From Candidatus Thorarchaeota archaeon (lineage in GTDB: Archaea > Asgardarchaeota > Thorarchaeia > Thorarchaeales > Thorarchaeaceae), in contig JAFGAR010000175.1 of assembly GCA_016933575.1 (NCBI GenBank), positions 1-64,000 of the forward strand: 64,000 nt of DNA, given 5' to 3'. Shown one piece after another: positions 1 to 10,635 of the stretch. The stretch's first letter is position 1; every line of letters begins with the position of its first letter. The notes beneath the pieces were generated by a model, which saw only the letters and a list, made by a program, of their open reading frames with translations, did not search any database and had not been told where the DNA came from. A program made the position numbers and the translations under genes.

Positions 1-1331
1 CATTCTTGTTGTTGAAATTACAGCCACATTATGAAAAATCTGGAGTAGTCGGTTTCGTCGCTAGGACACTCTCAAATATATTTGCAGGGCTGCGTTATGT
101 TGTGAGATTATTTATTCCGCTAGGTATTAGCGAAGCAGCAGAGAAAATTAGAAAAATTGCTGAAGAAAATGGTCTTGCAGTAGATCCGAATGCAAAAATA
201 TTGGATATCTCAGTCGGGCTTCAGCAACGTGTTGAAATCATCAAGGCACTCTATCGAGAGGCGGAGGTCCTCATTCTTGATGAACCGACATCTGTTTTAA
301 CGCCTCAAGAAGTTGATGAACTCTTTGTCACCTTGAATAGATTTAGAGAAACAGGAAAGACGATCATTCTCATTACACATAAACTACGAGAACCAATGGT
401 CCTCTGTGATAGGATCAGTGTGCTTCGTGATGGCGAACTCGTTGGTACCGTCAATAGAGATGCGACTTCTCCTGAAGAACTTGCTAAAATGATGGTAGGC
501 CGACCAGTGGTCTTTCGTGTTGAGAAAGGACCGGCTACTCCTGGAGAAGTAGTTCTCAATGTGAACGAGCTCTCTGTTGATGATGTCCGAAACATCACCG
601 TTGTCAATAATATCTCTTTTGAACTCAGAGCTGGAGAAATTTTTGGACTGGCTGGTGTGCAGGGGAATGGTCAGACTGAGCTCATTGAGGCTTTAACTGG
701 TCTTACAAAACCAAAGAATGGACAAATCTTAGTTCGTGGTATAGATGTAACAGGCAAATCCCCAAGAAGGATGAGAGAGGCAGGGGTTGCTCATGTTCCA
801 GAAGATCGGCACAAACGTGGACTTGTTCTACCTTTTACTATTGATGAGAATCTTGCACTTGGAAACCATTATCGAGAACCATATGCCTCAAAGAAAGCTG
901 GAATCAAAGGCTTTCTCAATCTGAATGTCTTCAAGGCACATACTCAACAACTTGTTTCTGATTATTCTATAAAGGTAGGCAAAATAAGTGATCACGCAAG
1001 CACACTTAGCGGCGGAAATCAACAGAAGCTAGTCGTTGCGCGAGAACTTAGCTCGGAGCCAATTATTCTGATTGCTGCTCAACCAACAAGAGGACTTGAC
1101 GTCGGTGCCACAGAATATATACACAATGTGCTTGTGAACCTACGGGATTCTGGCGTAGCTGTATTTCTTATGTCAGCTGAACTTGATGAGATAATAAGTC
1201 TATCTGATAGAATTGGTGTGATTTTCAATGGACGACTTGTAGCAATTAAAGACCCTGAAACAACCACGCCTGAGGAGCTTGGACTGTTAATGGCTGGACA
1301 TGTCGATCAAACAGAGGAGGCAATCCTATGA
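1..1331 (+). CDS. ABC transporter ATP-binding protein, CUT2 nucleoside/sugar type (double NBD), 5'-truncated by window edge
   Basis: ISVGLQQRVEIIKAL, LILDEPTS, ILITHKL, second NBD GLAGVQGNGQTE, LSGGNQQK, AAQPTRGLDVG; first Walker A is absent, so the gene starts upstream. Confidence 0.93.
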   Translation, partial: FLLLKLQPHYEKSGVVGFVARTLSNIFAGLRYVVRLFIPLGISEAAEKIRKIAEENGLAVDPNAKILDISVGLQQRVEIIKALYREAEVLILDEPTSVLTPQEVDELFVTLNRFRETGKTIILITHKLREPMVLCDRISVLRDGELVGTVNRDATSPEELAKMMVGRPVVFRVEKGPATPGEVVLNVNELSVDDVRNITVVNNISFELRAGEIFGLAGVQGNGQTELIEALTGLTKPKNGQILVRGIDVTGKSPRRMREAGVAHVPEDRHKRGLVLPFTIDENLALGNHYREPYASKKAGIKGFLNLNVFKAHTQQLVSDYSIKVGKISDHASTLSGGNQQKLVVARELSSEPIILIAAQPTRGLDVGATEYIHNVLVNLRDSGVAVFLMSAELDEIISLSDRIGVIFNGRLVAIKDPETTTPEELGLLMAGHVDQTEEAIL

Positions 1332-2806
1332 ATCAAGAACCACTTGGTGCAGACGAACAACAAAATGGAACGAATCCCTTAGATCAGGTCCTTGATAAGT
1401 TGCAATCTCGAGAGTTCCGACTAACTATCTTTCATACGACTATCTCAATATTGATGGCTCTGATTGTAGCAGCTATTATAATGGTCGCTACAGGTTACGA
1501 TCCATTAAGAGCATTTTCAGCTCTGGGTCTTGGTGCACTTCTTAACTTCGACCAAGTCCTTTGGAAAGCTACACCATTACTTTTGGCTGGATTATCAGTA
1601 GCTCTTGCTTTCAAATGTGGGCTATTCAATATCGGTGCTGAAGGTCAATTGTATATGGGTTCAATTGCGGCAACAGCAGTCGGTTACATGATTGCTCTTC
1701 CACTAGGGATTCATGTTATAGCATGCATAGCTATTGGGGTTTTTGCTGGCTTTTTATATGGACTACTTCCGGGTATCTTGAGAGCTTATAGAGGTGCTCA
1801 TGAAGTTGTTACAACAATGATGCTGAGTTATGCTGCTGTGAAATTTACTCAGTGGCTTGTTTCCGAAGGTCCTATGCATAATCCTGGAGATTCAAGAAGC
1901 GTTTCACCATTCATTCTCGAAACAGCAGAGATTGGAAAGATCTTAGGGAGTCCTTTCCTCAGCTGGACATTCCTTATTGCATTCCTTTGTGTCCCACTTG
2001 TTGCATTCTTCATAAACAAGACTGTGATGGGCTATGAGATGCGAGCTGTGGGTCTAAATGAAGATGCAGCAAGAACAGCTGGTATAGATGCCAAAAAAAA
2101 TATGGCACTTGCACTTGGACTCAGTGGCGGACTTTCAGGTCTAGCTGGAACATTGGAAATTCAAAGCTACTACCATCGATTCTATGATGGGTGGTCCGCT
2201 GGTCTTGGTTTTGATGGAATCACGGTTGCAGTCTTGGGAAGGAATAGTCCTTGGGGCGTTCTTGGAGGGGCTTTATTCTTTGGTGGTCTCAAAGCAGGTG
2301 GCTCATTTATGCAGACCAATGCAAATGTTCCAAGTGAAATGGTTCAAGTCATTCAAGGTCTGGTTGTGCTTTTCGTAGCAGCGCCTAGATTAGTTGATTG
2401 GTTATCTAAGCATGGAGTAGGTTATGCAAGCTGGATTAAGAACAATCCTAAGAGTGGGATTCCAAATCTCTTTTCCTTTGGTTATGGAATTCTTTGCGCC
2501 TTTCTCGGTATCGTCGCAGTTGGTCCTGCAGTCGAATCAAGCTTCGTGCTCTTACTTCTTGGTCTACTTGTGAGTATGGGTAGTCTAGCAATAATCGTAT
2601 TCAATCTTATCGCGGATCATCGATTGTCACAGATTACGATGGTGATTTCGATTTGTTGGTTAGTAATAGCAATTGCTGGGTTTGTTATGGACTTTGCATC
2701 AATAGTAACTACATCACTAATCCTTGGTGTGATTGGTATTATCATAACAATCTGGATAATGAAGACACGACCAAAAACGATTGAAGGTCAGGAGGGAATT
2801 GAATGA
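1328..2806 (+). CDS. CUT2 ABC transporter permease (BPD_transp_2) with an extra C-terminal ~4-TM extension
   Basis: GLFNIGAEGQ, HEVVTTMML, GYEMRAVG, GFDGITVAVLG; overlaps ATPase stop (ATGA). Confidence 0.92.
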   Translation: MNQEPLGADEQQNGTNPLDQVLDKLQSREFRLTIFHTTISILMALIVAAIIMVATGYDPLRAFSALGLGALLNFDQVLWKATPLLLAGLSVALAFKCGLFNIGAEGQLYMGSIAATAVGYMIALPLGIHVIACIAIGVFAGFLYGLLPGILRAYRGAHEVVTTMMLSYAAVKFTQWLVSEGPMHNPGDSRSVSPFILETAEIGKILGSPFLSWTFLIAFLCVPLVAFFINKTVMGYEMRAVGLNEDAARTAGIDAKKNMALALGLSGGLSGLAGTLEIQSYYHRFYDGWSAGLGFDGITVAVLGRNSPWGVLGGALFFGGLKAGGSFMQTNANVPSEMVQVIQGLVVLFVAAPRLVDWLSKHGVGYASWIKNNPKSGIPNLFSFGYGILCAFLGIVAVGPAVESSFVLLLLGLLVSMGSLAIIVFNLIADHRLSQITMVISICWLVIAIAGFVMDFASIVTTSLILGVIGIIITIWIMKTRPKTIEGQEGIE

Positions 2807-3756
2807 TGCAGTCCGATCCTTTCTCGTTGATTATGATTGCATGGTTGATTAAGACCACCCTTCAATTTTCAACACCTCTTGTTCTGACTGCATTGGGTGG
2901 AATGTATTCAGAAAAATCTGGAATTGTGAATATTGGTCTTGAGGGTATGATGTTAATTGGAGCATTTAGTGCAGTTGCTGCGACTTACTTCACTGATAAT
3001 CCGTGGATGGGCATCTTGGTTTCGGTGATTGCAGGAGGAGCATTGGCTGCAGTGCATGCTATAATTACAGTAAAACTCAAAGGAAACCATATTGTGAGTG
3101 GAACTGGCGTAATCCTCTTTGCTACAGGATTCACAACTCTAATGCTTGAGGTGATTTGGGGCCAAAGAGGCGTTTCAGAACAAGTCACTCCAGTACCTCA
3201 GCTGACAATCCCAGGTCTCTCAGAGATACCATTTATTGGAGATATCTTTGGATCACTGTCGCCAATCGTGTACATGATGTTCTTTGCAGTTATTATTAGT
3301 TGGGTAGTGATGTACAAGACTCCATTTGGTCTTCGGGTACGAGCTGCTGGCGAGGATCCAAGTACCTTGGATGCTGCAGGGGTCAATGTTGAGACTGTAA
3401 GAATTATTGGTGTCATCATCAGTGGATGCCTTGCAGGTCTTGGCGGGGCTTATCTCTCAATCGGATATGGTTCTCGATTTGGAAAATTGATGACTTCGGG
3501 CCGTGGATTTATAGCATTAGCAGCCTTAATCTTCGGAGGTTGGTCACCAATAGGAAGTTTCCTTGCTGGTACATTCTTTGGATTTCTAGAGGCTTTAGAT
3601 TCATTCATTCAACTTACAATTCCAGCTCTCGCACCTTACAATAATTTCATTCAAATGATTCCTTACATTCTTGTTGTGATTGCACTTGCAGGAATAGGTC
3701 GTTCACGTCCACCGAAGGCTGTTGGAGTACCATATGAAAAAGAGATGCGAGCTTAA
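2803..3756 (+). CDS. CUT2 ABC transporter permease, second subunit
   Basis: SEKSGIVNIGLEGMML, TPFGLRVRAAGE, GRGFIALAALIFG, PKAVGVPY. Confidence 0.93.
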   Translation: MMQSDPFSLIMIAWLIKTTLQFSTPLVLTALGGMYSEKSGIVNIGLEGMMLIGAFSAVAATYFTDNPWMGILVSVIAGGALAAVHAIITVKLKGNHIVSGTGVILFATGFTTLMLEVIWGQRGVSEQVTPVPQLTIPGLSEIPFIGDIFGSLSPIVYMMFFAVIISWVVMYKTPFGLRVRAAGEDPSTLDAAGVNVETVRIIGVIISGCLAGLGGAYLSIGYGSRFGKLMTSGRGFIALAALIFGGWSPIGSFLAGTFFGFLEALDSFIQLTIPALAPYNNFIQMIPYILVVIALAGIGRSRPPKAVGVPYEKEMRA

Positions 3757-3802
3757 CAATGATTGAGCTATTGCGTTCTTCGGAACTTCAAAAGAAAACA
3801 GC

Positions 3803-4582
3803 TTGTCATACTGTGAGCTGAGGTTTCTGAGCTTGGTAAAGGTGAATAAGAAATTACTAATCGCAGTTAGTGCTCTTTATATCCTCTGCCTAGTTTCATT
3901 TCCCACAACACTGGTTTCTGCCGCTTTGGTATGGGCTGAGTATTTCAATCATTTAGACTATGACATCTGGACATCACAATCTTGCCGGCTTGAAGACAAT
4001 GAACAACATGGAGTTGACGGTGATCATATCTCAGCAGTCATTGCATATAGAGATAGTTCTGTAGCAGTAGAAACTTGGAAATTCGATCTACGTGAAGTAG
4101 GCGCGTGGGGTGAGGAATTTGATGTATGCAAAGTCTATTTCATGAGTCCCTTAGAACTTGAGGTTCTAGACTGGGAATATTATGCATTAAGCATAGTCCA
4201 TGCAGGGGGATTGTCTGGTATAAGCTACTCCTATAGAATCGAGAAATATCTTGACAATCAACCAAAAGTTCTCATTCCAACATATCTAGGAGAAACTCAT
4301 GAATCAGTAAAAGGAATTACACATCATTTTGCAATCACTAGACACTCAAGTGGTCTGATGAGCGTATATCTAAATGGTTCATTGATAATGTCAACAACAG
4401 ATAACGATATCACCACTACAGAGTATTTTGGATTCTACACATGGGACGATTGGGCTTTTGATAATGTTGAGGTATATGACACGATTGAAATCGGTCAGGA
4501 TATACCTATGGTATTGGTTTGTATTGCAGTCATAGTTCTTATTGCAGCAATAGCTATCTTTGTGATTCATAAGCAAAGGTAA
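3803..4582 (+). CDS. Secreted membrane-anchored beta-sandwich (LamG/ConA-like) protein; true start probably a little downstream (~3833-3842)
   Basis: Signal peptide KKLL...VSA, HHFAITR..G.MSVYLNG pattern, C-terminal TM plus HKQR. Confidence 0.6.
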   Translation: MSYCELRFLSLVKVNKKLLIAVSALYILCLVSFPTTLVSAALVWAEYFNHLDYDIWTSQSCRLEDNEQHGVDGDHISAVIAYRDSSVAVETWKFDLREVGAWGEEFDVCKVYFMSPLELEVLDWEYYALSIVHAGGLSGISYSYRIEKYLDNQPKVLIPTYLGETHESVKGITHHFAITRHSSGLMSVYLNGSLIMSTTDNDITTTEYFGFYTWDDWAFDNVEVYDTIEIGQDIPMVLVCIAVIVLIAAIAIFVIHKQR

Positions 4583-4739
4583 TGTAACAAATCACCTTCC
4601 ATATTGCAATGGAAAAAATGAGAAATGTTTCAAGTACGAAGTTACATATTGTGTACTTCTGATGTGACCCCAAGGTGAGAGCCTGCGTTGTGCTCCAATA
4701 TTATATACTATTTTTCCTCTTTTTTTCCAGTGAGAGAGT

Positions 4740-5210
4740 ATGGTTATCGACCAAACAGTATCTAATTATGAGGATGTTAGAATAAAACTATACCAATCTG
4801 TTGTACAAGGCAAAATCAGCTCTCTTGAGCTAATTAGCCAAATGAACGAAATGGATGAGGATTCTGTTCGTCAGCTGTTGCAAGAACTTATAGATGAGGG
4901 TACTATTGAAGGCAATATCACAGAAGATGGTAAGCGATTCTTTTTGGCCGATGCTAAGGTATCAGATGCGCCTATCATTCTAAAACATTATTCAGAACCT
5001 GAAATAGGAAAGGTAAATACTAAGACAGCTAAAATACTACTTCTAACAGGGTTTCTTATGATGGTGGCAGGTTCCATCCTTAGAGGCTTGATCATCATTC
5101 ATGTCGGAATGGAGAACGCAGGTGTTGCTCTATTCATGATAGGTCTTGTCGTACTTACAGCAGGATGGATTCAATTTAGCAGGAGTAATCCACCTTCTAA
5201 TATTAAGTGA
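4740..5210 (+). CDS. PCI-like winged-helix protein with two C-terminal TM helices
   Basis: SLELISQMNEMDEDSVRQLLQELIDEGTIEGNITEDG is a PCI-type wHTH pattern; two hydrophobic helices at the C-terminus. Confidence 0.6.
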   Translation: MVIDQTVSNYEDVRIKLYQSVVQGKISSLELISQMNEMDEDSVRQLLQELIDEGTIEGNITEDGKRFFLADAKVSDAPIILKHYSEPEIGKVNTKTAKILLLTGFLMMVAGSILRGLIIIHVGMENAGVALFMIGLVVLTAGWIQFSRSNPPSNIK

Positions 5211-5278
5211 GTCGCTTTATGTGGAAGCGATTGGTGTCTAGGCAAGAGTTTAACTCTCAATTTCATAGATTGAATATT

Positions 5279-5731
5279 ATGATAGAAGATGCTTCACAAC
5301 ATGCACTTCGATTATTTTCTAAAGATTACAACTGTGCTCAATCTGTAATGAAAGCAATTCTGGTAGCTGTTGATATGGACTTTAATGAGATTGTTTTTTT
5401 AGCAGCAGGATTAGGGGGCGGTGTATCACACGAGGGAAATGTCTGTGGAGCTGTATCTGGTGCAGTTGCTGCTTTAGGCGTGATCAATAGCAGAATTAGT
5501 AACGATGTTCAACAACACAAACAGAATACATACATCGATGGAGAGAAGTTCATCCAGAGATTCAAGAAAGAACATAGTACAATCATCTGTAGAGACCTGA
5601 CTGGTATTAATATTTCGAACAAAGCATCTCTCGACAAAGCGATTAGAGATGGAACTTTTGAGAGGACTTGCCCTGCATTTGTAGAGAATGCTGTAAGATA
5701 TGCTCTTGAACTTGTAGAGAATAAATTGTGA
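5279..5731 (+). CDS. C-GCAxxG-C-C family putative redox protein
   Basis: YNCAQS, GLGGG, VCGAVSG, ICRDL, RTC; start moved from the track's 5207 to ATG 5279. Confidence 0.88.
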   Translation: MIEDASQHALRLFSKDYNCAQSVMKAILVAVDMDFNEIVFLAAGLGGGVSHEGNVCGAVSGAVAALGVINSRISNDVQQHKQNTYIDGEKFIQRFKKEHSTIICRDLTGINISNKASLDKAIRDGTFERTCPAFVENAVRYALELVENKL

Positions 5732-5796
5732 AATGAAATGCAACATTGAGACCTGTGCTTACTCTGCTAGTTCTTGATATAATTACCATATCTCAT

Positions 5797-7167
5797 TCAT
5801 ATGATACTAACAATCTCATTGAGGATTTCAAGACCTTTCCCTTCAGCATTTTTCGCGTTTCGAAGAGCATTCAAGGCAGTATCCGTTCGTTTATCAATTC
5901 CTATTGGTTTGTGTTCGAGTTTCAGCGAGAAAGGATAATCATTTTCAATTTGCCCAAGAGAATGAGCTACGATTTCATATTGCTTCCGTGCTTCATCGAT
6001 AAGTTTCCTTACTTCTTGATTTACATATTTACGAGATTCTTTTAGAAAATCCACAGCGTATTTTCTACACTCACTCCATATCGCAGTGTTGTAGGAATTA
6101 CCCATAGAAGAAGCACTTCCATTTTCAATCGCTGTGATCCACCAATCATAACCAGCTAATCCTGATCTATAATTTGGAAAAATTACATCGGATGGATTTG
6201 TGCTATGATACAATATACGTTCAAACGATTGCTTGATAGCTTTTACAGGATCTGCACTATCCTGAGGATGAACTGAGTATACCTCAAGAACACCAATCTG
6301 AGAAGTACCTATCTCTTTCCATGGCATTGGACCAGTACCATCGTCATAACCAGGACCCGAAAAGAAATACCCAAAATCATTGTATCCGTTAATCACATAA
6401 AATTCAGCGATTTTCAATTCCCAACCATAACATGGAATATTATTATCAATGCATTTCTTTGCGTGAGTCCACGCTTTTTCTTGTTCTTTGGGAAACTCAG
6501 CATTGTTTTTTCTAGCAAATATTCCTTCTACCCTATAACCCAGATTAGGTGCCAGTTGATAGAGCATATCGGTCCTCCATGCAGTTGGACCACTTGGGCA
6601 TAGATCCTTAGCAATATTTAGGATGAAAGCGTGTCCGGTACCTCCATACAACCAACCTGTAGAAATCTTACGCTTCAAATATTTCAAGCAACCCTCTACA
6701 CACCCTAAATGTGAAACCCATCTCGGTTGCCATTTTAATTTGCTTATTATTTTCATCTCTTGTTCCTCGGCATTCCTGATGTGTGTATATTTTTCAAGTC
6801 GCATCTTATGTTCTAGATCCGCTCGGATTTGTGATTGACTGTATGTTTCTACAATAGCCCGATAGAATTCCGAGCCATCCTTAGTTAACTCATAGGTACC
6901 ACGTTCTACACGAGAGATGAGACCATTCTTTACAAGAATATTGAGATGGTTGGCTAGAGCGGTTCTACCAAGTCGTGTTTCACGAAGTATTTGTGAATAC
7001 TCTGTCTTTGACAGTGCGAGGAGATTAATGATTTCAATCCGCTTAGGATGACCAGTAGCACGTAAGAGTTTTGCAAGATCTCTTCTGGATGTAGTTGTCA
7101 AGACAAAATTGTCTGATTCCTCTTGCATTTTCAAATATACAAACCCTATATCTAAGGTGCTAAACAA
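5797..7167 (-). CDS. ArsR-type wHTH fused to a large C-terminal domain (possibly BtrH-like)
   Basis: GHPKRIEII...LANHLNILVKNGLI..VERGTYELT wHTH; C-domain with SHLGC, GGTGHAF, LCPSGP. Confidence 0.7.
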   Translation of the reverse strand: MFSTLDIGFVYLKMQEESDNFVLTTTSRRDLAKLLRATGHPKRIEIINLLALSKTEYSQILRETRLGRTALANHLNILVKNGLISRVERGTYELTKDGSEFYRAIVETYSQSQIRADLEHKMRLEKYTHIRNAEEQEMKIISKLKWQPRWVSHLGCVEGCLKYLKRKISTGWLYGGTGHAFILNIAKDLCPSGPTAWRTDMLYQLAPNLGYRVEGIFARKNNAEFPKEQEKAWTHAKKCIDNNIPCYGWELKIAEFYVINGYNDFGYFFSGPGYDDGTGPMPWKEIGTSQIGVLEVYSVHPQDSADPVKAIKQSFERILYHSTNPSDVIFPNYRSGLAGYDWWITAIENGSASSMGNSYNTAIWSECRKYAVDFLKESRKYVNQEVRKLIDEARKQYEIVAHSLGQIENDYPFSLKLEHKPIGIDKRTDTALNALRNAKNAEGKGLEILNEIVSII

Positions 7168-7388
7168 ATTAATATAATTATTTAAGACTTTAATACCTAA
7201 GAATTATGAACAACTATTGGAAGGTTCCCCGTATTCTAATTCAAATGCGATTGCGTCAGTGTAAGCTGAAATCTAACAATTTGAGAAGGAAGAAAAACAG
7301 AGACCATCTCAAACCATTTTCAGAAGGGATTGAAAAAAAGGTGAGGAGATTGAACATCTCCTCACACTTAGTTCTATTCATCAACATA

Positions 7389-8762
7389 CTACGGAATATT
7401 TCCTGGAGCCATATCATCTTCCAGGTAGATCTTTGTTGCGCCTTTGACAGGTTGTCGTACTTTGACAAGTATAATCAAAGCAACAACGAAGAAGAGTAAA
7501 ATACTCAGCATAGACATTCTATGAGCTTCTACTATTCCTAATCCACCCGCAGCAACAAGAACCGTTCCATAAACAAATGGGCCTAATATTGCAGCAACTT
7601 TACCAGTTAGAGCATAGAAACCATACATCTCACTCTTTTTCTCTTCTGGAATGTATTGACCATACATACTCCGTGCTGTGCTCTGAGACGAACCCATGCC
7701 AACTCCAGCAAACATCCCTACAATCCAGAACACTATTGGATCAGAACCAAGATATGCAATAGAGAGTGTAGCAACCCAAATGAGTAGGGTGAACATCAAT
7801 GTTATTTTTGTGCCAATTCTATCAGCAATATAACCAAAGATGAATGCACCCGGGATTGCTGCGAGTTGTGTGACTGCAAAGAAGATGAGGATCGATCCTG
7901 TATCAAAGGAGTAAACATTTACACCATAGATTGAAGCATAGGAGATTACAGTGTTGATTGCATCTGCAAATAGGAAGTAGGACACTAAGAATAGTGGCAC
8001 GCCTTGGTATTTGCGAATGTCTCGGAAAGTCTGTCGTATTCTCCCAAATCCAATTTTCACATATGACATGCCTTCCTCATGAGGAAGCTTTGTTGCAGGT
8101 CTATTCTGTAGACCCATAATACTGGGTATTGCAAAGATAAGGAAGAATAAGGCACTGAATAGGAATGGAAGTGTTGGATATTGAGGTATCATGATGTACG
8201 ATACAAGTGCAATAATAATCGTTAACATTGCACCAACATATCCCGCAGCATAACCGATCCCTCCAATTTTCCCTATCGTTTCCTCAGTACTAATCTCAGG
8301 TAACCAAGCATTATAGAATGGTAAACCACCTTGGAAACCGATATTGGCTATAACAAAGATAATGAAAGCCCACATCCACATGTCAATTCCGAGAAACTGT
8401 GGTAGATCATCTCTTAGAAAGAACATGAACGCATTGAATGTGATACATAGAGCTGTGTAGAAAATGAGGAACTTTTTCTTCGAACCTGAATAGTCTGCAA
8501 TTGCTCCTAAAATAGGTGCTGAAATTGCCACTATTATCATTGTGATACTTGTTGCATACCCCCACAATGCTCCACCCATTACGCCACCATCCATGAAGAC
8601 CAATGTAGCTAGATCTTCAAAATAGAGTGGAAAGAGTGCTGTGATAATGAGAACTGTGAAGCTAGTATTTGCAAAATCGTATAGATACCAAGCAAACCGC
8701 TCCTTTCTTGTTGCAGGAATTGCCTGAGATCCTTCGCTTGATATTACATCAGCCAAATTCAT
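7389..8762 (-). CDS. MFS transporter, UMF1/Atg22-like family
   Basis: WYLYDFANTSF, ILGAIADYSG, FYNAWLPEI, QSTARSMY; about 12 TM. Confidence 0.9.
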   Translation of the reverse strand: MNLADVISSEGSQAIPATRKERFAWYLYDFANTSFTVLIITALFPLYFEDLATLVFMDGGVMGGALWGYATSITMIIVAISAPILGAIADYSGSKKKFLIFYTALCITFNAFMFFLRDDLPQFLGIDMWMWAFIIFVIANIGFQGGLPFYNAWLPEISTEETIGKIGGIGYAAGYVGAMLTIIIALVSYIMIPQYPTLPFLFSALFFLIFAIPSIMGLQNRPATKLPHEEGMSYVKIGFGRIRQTFRDIRKYQGVPLFLVSYFLFADAINTVISYASIYGVNVYSFDTGSILIFFAVTQLAAIPGAFIFGYIADRIGTKITLMFTLLIWVATLSIAYLGSDPIVFWIVGMFAGVGMGSSQSTARSMYGQYIPEEKKSEMYGFYALTGKVAAILGPFVYGTVLVAAGGLGIVEAHRMSMLSILLFFVVALIILVKVRQPVKGATKIYLEDDMAPGNIP

Positions 8763-8929
8763 TTCCTCCAGAATGAATAACTATTATGTAAATCCTAATA
8801 GATTACTTCCCTCTATTTAACAATAAGGAATTTCAAAAATACCTTTAAGAATCATAAAATCATGGGCAAAGGATAAGAGGCAGAGCTATTGCCATCCAAC
8901 TTGCCTAATTCAAGAAACTGATGTGATTT

Positions 8930-9343
8930 GTGATGGACAAAAAGCAACTTGAGGCCTTTTGTAAGGAATGGCTTGCTGCGTGGACTGGAAATAATCCTGA
9001 TAAATTACTGACTTATTACCATGAGAATGCACTCTATGCTGACCCTGCGCATAGAGACGGATTACAAGGACACAACGAAATCAAAAGATATTTTGTAAAG
9101 CTTTTAGACGTCTATCACGATTGGATCTGGAGACCAATTGAGATATTTCCAATCGAGAAAGGAGCCATTGTAAAATGGGAATGCACTATACCAACTGGAC
9201 CTGAGGTTATTCAAGAGATTGGACTAGACATTGTTGAGATAACCAACGATAAGATAACTCGAAATGAGGTCTATTTCGATCGTACCAGACTCTTGGCTGC
9301 TGTAGAAAAGAGACGACGAGATCAACGATTAATCAATCTCTAA
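8930..9343 (+). CDS. SnoaL/NTF2-like protein
   Basis: WLAAW..N, YHENALYADP, GLDIVE, ITRNEVYFD. Confidence 0.85.
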   Translation: MMDKKQLEAFCKEWLAAWTGNNPDKLLTYYHENALYADPAHRDGLQGHNEIKRYFVKLLDVYHDWIWRPIEIFPIEKGAIVKWECTIPTGPEVIQEIGLDIVEITNDKITRNEVYFDRTRLLAAVEKRRRDQRLINL

Positions 9344-10077
9344 GGCAAGCTCTTCATCCACGCATTGATTATGTTATTCACCTGTGAAGATTGTTCTAAC
9401 ATGACAATATGCCCTGCTGAATCTATTCTTTTTATACAGGAATTAGGGATTTTGCTGTGGAGATACTCTGAGTATTTCACTGGAGTCATAATATCATTTG
9501 AACCAACAAGAATCAGGGTCTGAAGAGCGATTTTTGAAACTTCATTCATTATATCAAAGTTATTGCATAGTTCAAAATCCCTTCGGATGATTCTGGCAGG
9601 ACACTTTTTCACCTCGTCTTTTGATGATTCTATCAATTCTGGATTTGTATGTTCGTTAAACATGAAAGAACCTACTACTTCAATATATGCATCGAAGTTG
9701 TTTTCAAGCATATCAAAAATAATAGGAGCAACTTTGAGTCGCGCTCCAGTGCCTATGAGGATGATTCCTCTTAATTTATCAGGATTTGAGAGTGCATAGA
9801 GCTGCGTAAGAGCTCCCCCCATACTATGACCGGCTAGAATAGGTCTAGCGAACTTGGTAACTATCTCATCAATATCGTCCAAATAGGAAGTCATTATGTT
9901 GGGTTGTGATCTATCTGGAGTATTTCCATGCCCATTCAACTCTAGAGCAATGACATGGTGATTCCTTGCAAGGCCTCTAAGCTGCATGATCCAAGTAGCG
10001 GCATTGCCACCAGCTCCATGAACGAAGATTATTGTAGAATCGTTATCTCTTCCCGACTCTTCATAATGCACTGACAT
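9340..10077 (-). CDS. Alpha/beta hydrolase
   Basis: FVHGAGG, nucleophile GHSMGG, GSNDIMTP, AGHIVMLE. Confidence 0.92.
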   Translation of the reverse strand: MSVHYEESGRDNDSTIIFVHGAGGNAATWIMQLRGLARNHHVIALELNGHGNTPDRSQPNIMTSYLDDIDEIVTKFARPILAGHSMGGALTQLYALSNPDKLRGIILIGTGARLKVAPIIFDMLENNFDAYIEVVGSFMFNEHTNPELIESSKDEVKKCPARIIRRDFELCNNFDIMNEVSKIALQTLILVGSNDIMTPVKYSEYLHSKIPNSCIKRIDSAGHIVMLEQSSQVNNIINAWMKSLP

Positions 10078-10180
10078 AGCATTTTGAGATATTATCTCAA
10101 CCTAAAGATTTTGAGGTGAAAATTGGAAAAAGATATACAGAAGTTACCTTTAAATCAGTACAAATTGGCGATATCAAGCC

Positions 10181-10621
10181 TTGAAAATTCACAATCAAAA
10201 TGCCTTCCTTCTTTGTGCAGTTGGTGGAGCATTACTCGTAATCTCCGGTGCAAGTGGTGTTATCGGATTGATTGATGAGCTTGCAGAAAGTCTCTATGCA
10301 GTTCTAGAATTTCATCTAGTTCTTACATTGGAGAATATCATGGCTGGTTTAGCGACTTTGACAATAATAGCAGGACTCGTGACGATTCTTGGCGGCTTCA
10401 TTCTGACAACATCACGAGTACGTACTGGGCGTTATATTGTAAACGCAGCAATCACCTTAGGCATTATCGGTCTGCTAATGATTCTCGTTCAGACTGCAGT
10501 GGCTGGAAATATAGTGATGGACATGACCATGCAATTGCAGCAGTCTCTTGGGTGGATAGGCGCAATCTTAGCCTTTGTAGCCCGAATAATTGCAGAGCAA
10601 AAACCACTCATGGATACTTGA
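10181..10621 (+). CDS. Four-TM hypothetical membrane protein
   Basis: Four hydrophobic segments; TTG start. Confidence 0.7.
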   Translation: MKIHNQNAFLLCAVGGALLVISGASGVIGLIDELAESLYAVLEFHLVLTLENIMAGLATLTIIAGLVTILGGFILTTSRVRTGRYIVNAAITLGIIGLLMILVQTAVAGNIVMDMTMQLQQSLGWIGAILAFVARIIAEQKPLMDT

Positions 10622-10635
10622 GTCAATTTAGGTAT

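Noticed and set aside
5207-5731. Possible selenoprotein among the redox genes
   Set aside because: All motif positions are Cys codons, and I found no in-frame TGA with continued homology.
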